From positions 19,268,795-19,332,794 of the forward strand of contig NC_092670.1 in the NCBI RefSeq assembly GCF_964355755.1: a DNA stretch of 64,000 nt, in the 5' to 3' direction. Positions 13,002 to 23,420 of the stretch are shown one piece after another. Position 1 is the stretch's first letter. The number at the start of each line of letters is the position of its first letter. Both the position numbers and the translations under genes were made by a program. Under the pieces are notes generated by a model, which was not told the origin of the DNA, ran no database searches, and saw only the letters and a program-made list of their open reading frames with translations. The DNA comes from Antedon mediterranea. Lineage: Eukaryota > Animalia > Echinodermata.

Positions 13002-16000
13002 ATGTTTTATATTATAGCATTGCTTCTAGTTATCGCTACGCCTGGTTTTTCACAGATCATCCGCGGAAGGGGTTGTAAGTATTTCATTATTATTACTATT
13101 ACAACTGTTGTTTACCCGGTACTAGCTTTAAACTATTTTGAAATGTAAATAATGTATGTCTACAAATTCTGGTTAGACCTGTACTTATTATTAACTAGGA
13201 AAACCAGACAAAAGACTCGTCATAACAGCTTTATTCTGCTTAGTATTTAACTACTGATAACTCCTGATTACTACTAATATATAGAGCTCAGTTCAATAGA
13301 CACACTTTTGCACAAATGCATAATCTTTTTTTGGTTTTTTATTTGTCTTGTATCATAATTATAGCATTTGAAGAAGATGCCCACTGTTTTTATTGGGGCT
13401 TGTCATCTTTTAAGACGTTCGACGACAGGTTGTACAACTTCAATGGCGGTGACCACACCTATACACTCGCCGCAGACTGCTGCCACAAGTCTTTCCACAT
13501 AACTGTATGTCGTTATGGTTTCGGGTGCCAACCATCTAACAAGTGTCCATTGGTCGTTACTATCACTACAAAGGATGAACCAGAGGAGATTCAGCTGACT
13601 GGAGCATCCGGTTTTACAGCGCCAGTAGTAATGATCAATGGCACAGTGCAAGAGATGCCATTGGAGACAACCTCCGATATCTCTTTGACTAGGGTTTCAG
13701 AGTCAATCGTTATAACTAGTAGAAAGTATGTTTATTTCATTCTCTTCTGATTACGTCTTCGTCTGTAGATTACTCCATTCATCCCAGGTCACCACAAACA
13801 TAATAGTTATTAGATACTTATATTCTAATTTGGTGAACCCTATTTTGTATTTCTCCTAATTACTAGTTAATTCAGTAAACAATAGTGTAATGTCTCCTTT
13901 TTGTCTGTTATAGTTTTACGGTTATATGGGATGGTCTGCATACGATTACTGTACACGTAATTAGTGACTATAAATTCTGTACATGTGGACTATGTGGTTG
14001 CTACTCTAACATGAAGAATGACGATCTTAAGAAGCCAGATGGAAATACTGCATTTACAGTCGATGAGTTCGCAATTTCCTGGATAGAGGATTCCTTATCA
14101 GGTACGATGAATACAGTACTTTCTGAGGCGCAGAGATATTACTGTCGTCGAGCAATTCATATATGCATAACACATTCCTAGAAATAGATTGAATATTTAA
14201 CGAGGTCCAGCAACATTTCTACCTTCTTATTATACCTCTAGATATAAATATTCCTAAAGCTAGTAGTACGGATGAATCTCAATTGATGGCCACTGGTATT
14301 TGTGAGATTTTGGAATCTTCAGAATTTGCAAGTTGCCATTCTGTAAGTTATTCTACTAATTAAAACTATAGAAACAGACGAGTAGAAATTAAATCCATAT
14401 GATATCAATTTCTCTGGTTTAATCATCACTCGATTGTATTTTATCCCAGAACCATGAATAATATACGTAGGTCATACTTTGCATTAGTTGTATATAAAAC
14501 ATCAAAGAAAGAAGGCATTCCGTAAACATCATATTCTTTTCCAGAAAGTAAAAGTTGATGATTATAAACAGCAATGCATCGATTATCTTTCTACTTGCCG
14601 ACCAAACGACTTTGATGAGTGTACATGTAGTGCTCTCAGTGGATATGCATTAAAATGTGCAGAACAAGAAGTCTATGTAAATTGGCGCAATGAAAGTTTT
14701 TGTCGTAAGTGTTGTAATGCAAAGTAGTCTTAAATGATTACAAATGTACAAACGTTATTTGTATTGAAACAGTTTTTCCTTTTTCTTCTTTAGCGGCAAG
14801 TTGTCCAGCTAATGCTCCTTACAGCATGTGTAACAAGAACTGTTCTATCGGTGGATGTAATGGCACATTAGAAAGCTGCACTGGGCCTAAGTATTGTGTG
14901 GCCGGGTGTCAATGCCCAGAAGGTGCTTTCTTGCATGATGGCGTATGTGTACTGCCTGATGAGTGCCCATGTTTATATCAGAATTCAGAGTATCCTAATG
15001 GGGAAGAGTTCTATGATGGTGAGAGATGTCAAAATTGGTATGTTTCTGCATATTTCTAGCTGTTACTTGTAGTCGACAATATCTTTATTGGTAAGATAAA
15101 AACCACCGCAGGACTGGTATATAATAATGTTTAATCTGTTTTTAGTTCGTGCTCAGGAGGTAAAACGGCATGCATGGACATCGATTGTCAAAGTAAGTTT
15201 GCTTATTAAAATATATATTTTAATGTAGGCCTAGTATGTAGCTGGTCTAACTAGTATTGATGTGTTATAGATGATATCAATTGCATTCGTTTTTCTTTTA
15301 GTTGCTATACGAGAAGATTCAAGGTCGAAACAAGCTCCAGTAGCTTCTATTAATTCTAGTACGTATACTATCTAAAGCTTGGTTCCCACTAGAACGTAAC
15401 GCAAGGACGTAAACGCAACGCAAGCGTTTTAACCAATGACAAGCGAAGTTATAGACAGTTAGCAATCACAAGCGAATAAGCCATCGCTTGTGATAGGTCA
15501 ATTCACTTGCGTTGCGTTACGTCCTTGTGTGTGCTTAATATTAAACTTTTCACTGTATATTCAATACAATATGTATTATTGATTTTTTTAAACTGCACAT
15601 TTTAAATTTCACTTAATCTTGTTTAAAGCACTTGATAAATTTCGAAAGATAGAGGATGTAGCGTTACAGCGGAACAACATTCATGTCACGTATGCTTCAC
15701 TGTCCGACTGTGCTGAGATGTGTGTTAATGAAACAGCTTTCAGGTGCCTTTCGTTTGACTATTCAACCGACAGAGGTGTATGCTGGTTGCAAAATACAAC
15801 TAATAAGTTAGCGAAGACCTACCTACGATTCGACAAGAACAAAGATTACTACGAGCTAATGGGTAAGAATTGGTGGATACGCTGTTTTTTAATGTTTAAC
15901 AGTGATTGCCATTCCAAATATACCAACTAGGAGTATGTCTCTTACCTGATAATCAAGAGTCCTCTTTGCGAGACGTGTCACTAAATTGGCACCTTTTAAG

Positions 16001-19000
16001 GATAGTACTTACTCGGTTGCTCGGCTGAAACTTAACATTTACTTTTTCTTTTTTCCACAGTTGACGAGGAAGATCCTGAATATGGTATGTAAATTGATTA
16101 ATGTACCTATTTAAGTACAATTTTGTTTTTAAATTGTTAGAAAGTTTTCTTTTCCTTAAGGAATAATTTAGATTTGCCCTGACAGCGCTTTGGTCTTTTT
16201 TTTTTTTTTTTTTTTTTTTTTATAGAAAAGCGCTTTATAATAATAAATCTATATAGTATAGTATATAAGTATACAATAAACATTCAGTTTACTTAAATGT
16301 ACTGTCATTTCATTTTATATCATGGTATTAGTATCTGCCTATGTTATTTTAAATAGCATTTTGAAAATATATTTCAGGAAGTATTGCATGTGATTTTGAG
16401 AACGGTTTTTGTGGATACACTTTCGATGGTGACATGGTCTTCAGCTGGACTCGTGCAACAGGACGCACTAAATCTTATTCTACGGGGCCAAAATATGATC
16501 ATACGTTGGGAGATAACCGAAATGGTATTACTTTTTCTAGTAATTAGAAATAAATAATAACAGTGTTTTAAAGAATGAAATCAAGTTCGGCACTACTCAA
16601 GGAATGAATTGTGTGATCTTAGTCTTAATGAATATGCTAGAATGCAATATTAGAAATATTACTTATAAAACCATACAAATAGATCGTAAATGTATACTGT
16701 AGTTTATTCTAACTACTGTATATGTGCTTGTGTGGTCAAGAGTCGATATTAACAAACTGGCTATGTGATTTGTTTTTATTTGTAAGGTCATTATGTTTAT
16801 ATGGAAGGATCATACAAGCGTGAAGATTGGCGAGCTGCTCTAAGATCTCCCTTCTCTCTTGCTATGAGTGGTCAAGTTAAATTTTACTATCATATGAAAG
16901 ATACATTCACAGAAGAATCTGGAAAATTTGAAGTTTATTTGAGGTAGGTATGATTCTGGAAGGTTTCTGTATGTGCCATCAGTTACACTTCTGCATACGA
17001 CTACATTAATCTCACCCGAGAGCATACTGAGATGTGACACTGTGACATGTTTGGCCATGACAATCTGGAAAGGACCACAAGAAAATACTTGTTAGGTAGA
17101 ACGTATGAAATGAATATTGCTGAACGTATGAAATGAATATTGCTAAACATAATAATTATCTTCCATATATAGAAGACATGGTTTTGATCTGGAAGAACCG
17201 ATCTGGTCCATAACTGGAAACCAAGGTGATTTTTGGCATGAAGTTGTTATTGATGTTACTCCAGAGATGACGGAGTATTACTCATTTCAGGCAAGTATCT
17301 ACAAAAAATGTTTGTGTTTCAGTAAACCTACAGTACCTTACATACGGATATTGTATTCGCAGTATTTCTTTATATTTCTCTTGCTTGTGAAACCGGCTAT
17401 AGAACTTGTATCTGGTCATACTAACATAATGTTGTTCGCACTAGGTGGAGTTTGTAGGAACCAGAGGACCGACATCAAAGTGTGACATTGCTTTAGACGA
17501 TATATCTATTAATGTCAGTGAAACTTATCTTTTGCCAGGTAAAGACTATATTCTTAATAAATTAGTTATTTGTGTGTAAGTTTTTAGTTACTGCAGGTGA
17601 TCAACAGTATAACGTAGTTTCTATTTTTCTATTTTAAGCTGTTCACATAAACCTTTTTTGTTTTCTATTTAAAAGAGCCTGTTATTCAACCAGCGTGCGG
17701 TAGTCCAAAAGTTAAGAAGAGCCGCATAGTTGGAGGGCAAACTGCAACATATGGTAGTTGGCCGTGGATGGCAAGTATAAGGATTAAATACTGGTCAACT
17801 TACTTTCATATCTGTGGTGGTACTCTGATTAGTGACCAATGGATTGCTACGGCTGGTCACTGTCTTGGGTAAATTATTTTAGTAATTTTAGAAGAAAATC
17901 GTACGCGTAACAAAACAAATGGTAAGGACCATTTTATCTAAGCTATTGTTATTAATTTCAGCCATTACATTTTTTTCTCTCTAATTTTCACAGCTCCATG
18001 ACGGAATCTGAAATTAATTCAATGCTGATCGTCGTTGGTGCACACAGCACGTTTGGTGGTGATGAATTCGAGCAGACGTTCAAAGTTGCGGATTACATCA
18101 TACATCCAGGTTACACAAAATATCTTGACAGCGACATTGCACTCATCAAATTGGACCAACCAGTGATATTTACCGACTATGTTAATCATGTATGCGTTAG
18201 AAATGAAACCTTTCCACCAGAGTACGAGTGCACTGTAACTGGATGGGGAGATACACAAGGTGAGGGCTTACATTGCACTAGTCCCTTTGAACTGCCAATT
18301 TCTTGTTCTTTCCATTCAAGTATGCTTAAGCTGATTTGTGCGGCAAGCTGGTATGATACAAAAACAGCGACGAAGATGATGATGAATAAATAATAATCAT
18401 ATTAAGTTGAGAATATAATGACTGATAAAAACGATTACATGTTATTGTATTGATGACTAGATATTACGATAACATAGAGTGGTCACTAGTGATTGTAGTT
18501 GCTCTGTAATCAGTCACTAATTTGATATGCTTTCTTCAGGACCTTCAACTGATAGCTTTTACCTGAACAAGGTGGAAGTTAAAATAATAGACAATGACAA
18601 ATGTAACAAACGAGATTGGTACAATGGTGGCGTTACTAAAGAGATGATGTGTGCAGGATATGAACAAGGAGGAAAAGATGCGTGTCAGGTAAGCTTATTT
18701 GGCCTACAATTTTGTCGACCATGTTATGAAAATAAAAATATATGCGGCTTTAGTAGTAGTTTGCTGTTGTTGAAATAGGAAGAAAGTAGGACTGTGAAAG
18801 TCGCGAAAGGCATCGATCCTTAACAAAATACAAGAACCCTGTTCGACTTATCCACTAGCTCAGAAATAAACATGGGTGTTTTGTCTTTTGGAGAACGCAA
18901 ATTACTCATGAAGACCCAAGGCATATTTTAAAATATCACAGTATCACGTTTTATTACAATTTCAGGGTGATAGTGGAGGGCCTCTTGTTTGCCAACGTTC

Positions 19001-19130
19001 AGATGGAGACTACGATCTTGTTGGTCTTGTGAGCTGGGGCGTTGGCTGTGCAGAAGTCCAAAAGCCTGGTGTCTATACACGCGTTCAGTCATATATATCT
19101 TGGATTGAAAATACCATTAATCCATATTGA
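13002..19130 (+). CDS. Secreted mosaic trypsin-like serine protease: signal peptide-VWD-C8-TIL-E(TILa)-PAN/apple-MAM-peptidase S1 (925 aa)
   Basis: Exons 13002-13074, 13365-13725, 13914-14101, 14242-14342, 14545-14704, 14794-15037, 15146-15192, 15302-15358, 15629-15862, 16061-16084, 16378-16524, 16787-16943, 17173-17290, 17445-17538, 17676-17868, 17994-18259, 18540-18688, 18966-19130 sum to 2778 nt with matching phases. Motifs: signal [17 protein letters not shown]; VWD FKTFD and TCGLCG; C8 [11 protein letters not shown]...WRNESFC; [13 protein letters not shown]; PAN CAEMC...FRCLSFDY...DYYE; [31 protein letters not shown]. Protease: activation site R^IVGG, triad TAGHC/DIAL/GDSGG, S1 Asp (KDACQ). 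Confidence 0.9.
15376..15530 (+). mobile_element. MITE family B (TIR AGCTTGGTTCCCACTAG; PIF/Harbinger-like) in protease intron 8
   Basis: Internally palindromic (aaggacgtaaacgcaacgcaag...cttgcgttgcgttacgtcctt). Other copies at ~39005-39128, ~43240-43310, 44825-44974, ~45915-45980 and 46257-46406. Confidence 0.8.
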
Positions 19131-19719
19131 TTCGTAGAAGACTGCAAGCTTTTAACTATTTTTAATCAAATATCGTAAGTAGCACCAACATATTGCCAAT
19201 TGGAAGTTCCGGTTTCTTCTCACCAATTGGATTTCGATTAATTTATTCTGACTAAATTAATAATTCATTTTTTCTTTTAGTGTTTATTTCAGTAACTTGT
19301 ATCATTTTATCATAAAATTGCTATAATTATTTGAACTATCATAGTATATTTTTGGAAGTACAAATTTTCAAAAATATAGCCAAATGTTGACCCTTTCATT
19401 TTACTATATCATAATTAACATGCGCAGAATCACATAATGTGTTTTGCGCATGTTACCTCAACATATATTAAAAAAGTCGAGAACTAGTTACTTTTTCTCA
19501 TTCTCACAGATTTCCTCATCTTTATCGTTTCAAATTAATTAATTAAATTTCAGTATATCACCGGGCGGTTTCGAATTAATGTTCATGCCTAATGTGTTTA
19601 TAAATATAAAAGTATCTCTTCGGAGATCCCGCCTCGTGAATAAGAATACTGAAAGATGAGGGCGTATCAATTTGATCTCTGGCGTGCGTACAACTGCTGT
19701 TTATATATATATATACATA

Positions 19720-22700
19720 TGTATGCGCATATATGGCAATATTATCGCATAATTATTGAATTTTAGATAATGGATATTTTGGGCAATTGTCGAAAAAACC
19801 ACTGTACAGGACAATTTTCGAAATATGGGCAAATTTCGACACTATTATTTTTTACATAACTAGTTACTATGGCTCTATAAGATCATAATAACACAATATA
19901 TGCGCATATTTGGTAATATTATTGCATAATTATTGAATATTTAAAACGTGGATATTTTGGGCATTTTTCGAAAAATGGGCAAATTTCGACCCCTTACATA
20001 ACTAATTACTATGGCTCTATAAGATCATGATAATAATGTTTATTATGCTATAGTAACCATTTATTTCAAAAGTGGTTACTTTTGACATAAATGGTTACTA
20101 TAGCATATCAAACATGCGCAGAGCCGAATAATGGGTTCTGCGCATGTAAATTGTGCTATAGTAACCAGTTTTATCGAAAAATAAAAAGGTCGAAAATTTG
20201 CCATTTTTTTGCATAATAAACATGCGCAGAGTCGAATAATGGGTTCTGCGCATGTCAATTGTGCTATCATAACCATATTTGACATAAATGGTTACTATAG
20301 CATAATAAACATGCGCAGAGGCGAATGATGGGTTCTGCGCATGTCAATTGTGCTTTAGTAACCAGTTTTATTGAAAAATAAGAAGGTCGAAAATTTGCCA
20401 TTTTTTGAAAAATCCCTGTACTATAGTACAGGGAAATTTTCTAAAAATGGCCGATTTTCGACCCTTTTATTTTTGGACATAAATGGTTACTATTGCATAA
20501 TAAACATGCGCAGAGTCGAATAATGGGTTCTGCGCATGTCAATTGTGCTATCATAACCATATTTGACATAAATGGTTACTATAGCACAATTGATATGCGC
20601 AGAACCGATTATTCGACTCTTTTCAATTTTTTTTTTTTTCAATTCAAAGTAACATTTATTTTCTTCAAAATAAAACAGTCAACAAAATGATGTAAAAAAA
20701 GGTAATATGATTGAAGAAGGCATGATCAAAAAAGCAAAAAGCTTGTGCCAGACATGCCTAAACAAAGATTAGATAAAAACAACACGAAAAAAGAAAATAA
20801 ATAAATAAATAAATTTAAAAAATTAAGAAATAACAATATAAAAAATTTACATAACATGAGCATGTTTATTATGCTATAGTAACCATTTATGTCAAAAGTA
20901 GTTAATTTTGACGTAAATGGTTACTATAGCATAATAAACATGCGCAGAGGCGAATGATGGGTTCTGCGCATGTCAATTGTGATATAGTAGCCAGTTTTAT
21001 TGAAAAATAAGAAGGTCGAAAATCTGCCATTTTTTGAAAAATCCCTGTACTATAGTACAGGGAAATTTTCTAAAAATGGCCGATTTTCGACCCTTTTATT
21101 TTTTGACATAAATGGTTACTATTGCATAATAAACATGCGCAGAGTCGAATAATGGGTTCTGCGCATGTCAATTGTGCTATAATAACCATATTTAACAAAT
21201 TGTTACTATAGTACAATTGACATGCGCATAACCCATTATTTGACTCTGCGCATGTTTATTATGCTATAGTAACCATTTATGTCAAAAGTGGTTACTTTTG
21301 ACGTAAATGGTTACTATAGCATAATAAACATGCGCAGAGGTGAATAATGAGTTCTACGCATGTTAATTGTGCTATAGTAACCAGTTTTATTGAAAAATAA
21401 AAAGGTCGAAAATTGGCCATTTTTTTGAAAAAATCCCTGTACTTATAGTACAGGGAAATTTTTGAAAAATGGCCGATTTTTTACCATTTTATTTTTTGAC
21501 ATAAATGGTTACTACTGCATAATAAACATGCGTAGAGACGAATAATGGGTTCTGCGAATGTCAATTGTGCTATAGTAACCAGTTTTGACATAAATGGTCT
21601 TTAGCATAATAAACATGCGCAGAGTCGACTAATGGGTTCTGCGCATGTTAATTGTGCTATAGTAACCAGTTTTATCGAAAAATAAAAAGGTCGAAAATTG
21701 GCCATTTCAAAAAAATTTCCGATTTTTTACCCTTTAATTTTTTGACATAAATGGTTACTATTGCATAATAAACATGCGCAGAGTCGAATAATGGGTTCTA
21801 CGCATGTAAATTGTGCTATCATAACCATATTTGACATAAATGGTTACTATAGCACAATTGACATGCGCAGAACCCATTATTCGACTCTGCGCATGTTTAT
21901 TATGCTATAGTAACCATTTATGTCAAAAGTGGTTACTTTTGACGTAAATGGTTACTACTATAGCATAATAAACATGCGCAGAGGCTAATAATGGGTTCTG
22001 CGCATATTAATTGTGCTATAGTAACCAGTTTTATCGAAAAATAAAAAGGTAAAAAATTGGCCAATTTTTTGAAAAAATCCCTGTACAGGGAAATTTTTGA
22101 AAAATGGCCGATTTTCGACCCTTTTATTTTTTGACATGAAAAGTTACTATTGCATAATAAACATGCGCAGCGACTAATAATGGGTTCTGCGCAAGTCAAT
22201 TGTGCTATAGTAACCAGTTTTGACATAAATGGATACTTTAGCACAATTGACATGTTAATTGTGCTATAGTAACCAGTTTTATCGAAAAATAAAAAGGTCG
22301 AAAATTTGCCATTTTTTGGAAAAAATCCCTGTAGGGATTTGTGCAGGAAAATTTTTGAAAAATGGCCGATTTTCAACCCTTTTATTTTTTGACATAAATG
22401 GTTATTATTGCATAATAAACATGCGCAGAGACGAATAATGGGTTCTGCACATGTCAATTGTGCTATAGTAACCAGTTTTGACATAAAATGGTTACTATAG
22501 CATAATAAAGATACGCAGAGGCGAATAATGGGTTCTGCGCATGTCAATTGTGCTATAGTAACCACTTTTTTCGAAAAATAAAAAGGTCGAAAAATGGACA
22601 AATTTCGACCCTTTTATTTTTTTACATACAGTAACTAGTTACTATGGCTCTATAAGATCATAATTACACAATATATGCGCATATTTGGCAATATTATTGC

Positions 22701-22885
22701 ATAATTATTGAATTTTAAAAAGTGGATATTTTGGGCATTTTTCGAAAAATGGGCAAATTTCGACCCTCTTATTTTTTACATAACTAGGCTATGGCTCTAT
22801 AAGATCATAATAACAATATATGCACATATATGGCAATATTATCAAATAATTTTTGAATTTTAGAAAGTAGATATTTTGGCCATTT
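19720..22885. repeat. Complex hairpin satellite with core ACATGCGCAGA-gtcgaataatgggt-TCTGCGCATGT, flanked by direct repeats
   Basis: About 20 copies of the core in both orientations between ~20040 and 22600, interleaved with 'aaaaataaaaaggtcgaaaat...cgacccttttattttt' palindromic modules. The 'ctatggctctataagatcataat...' repeats occur on both sides (19720-20030 and 22610-22885). Confidence 0.9.
20621..20859 (-). mobile_element. 5'-truncated LINE 3' end inserted into the satellite
   Basis: Interrupts the unit 'ttcgactct|gc|gcatgtttatt'. The minus strand reads ...gcacaagctttttgcttttttgatcatgccttc...AATAAA...poly(A). Confidence 0.55.
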
Positions 22886-23420
22886 TTGTCGGAACTCAGG
22901 TATGGGGTTTTTTTAAATTTTCCATATTGAAATGAAATGACCATATCTGACCATTTTATTTTGCCATCATTTGTTACTATATACTATGAAAATGTCAACC
23001 CTTTTATCTGTTGACATAACTGGTTAAGTATGATGCTATATGATAACTGTGCATATACCAGCAGGTACTATTAACAATATGGGTAGTGTGGTAACATGCA
23101 TAGAAAAAAATAGAATCTGCACATTTTTTTACCTATTTTATTTTGGGAGATTTTTGGAAAAGTCTATATGATTTGGTCAAAAAATAGACAATACCGTCAC
23201 TAGTTAAACATTATACATCAATAAATAATATACATACTGATATCAATTTCATCTGTTTCATACACCTTTTGTTTATATAATAAATATTTCAATAAATATA
23301 TTTTCCAACATTTGACCTGTTGCAATTGTCATATTGATGGCATTACTTGAAGCTGTACATATGGCCATTGAATATTTAGCTCGGCCCTCAAATTAGCTTG
23401 GCACTCAATTAGCTCGGCCT

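Noticed and set aside
20040-22601. CRISPR-like appearance of the palindromic repeats, and the 222-aa ORF 21933-22601
   Set aside because: Eukaryotic context, the spacers are themselves repeated, there are no cas genes, and the ORF is a satellite translation.
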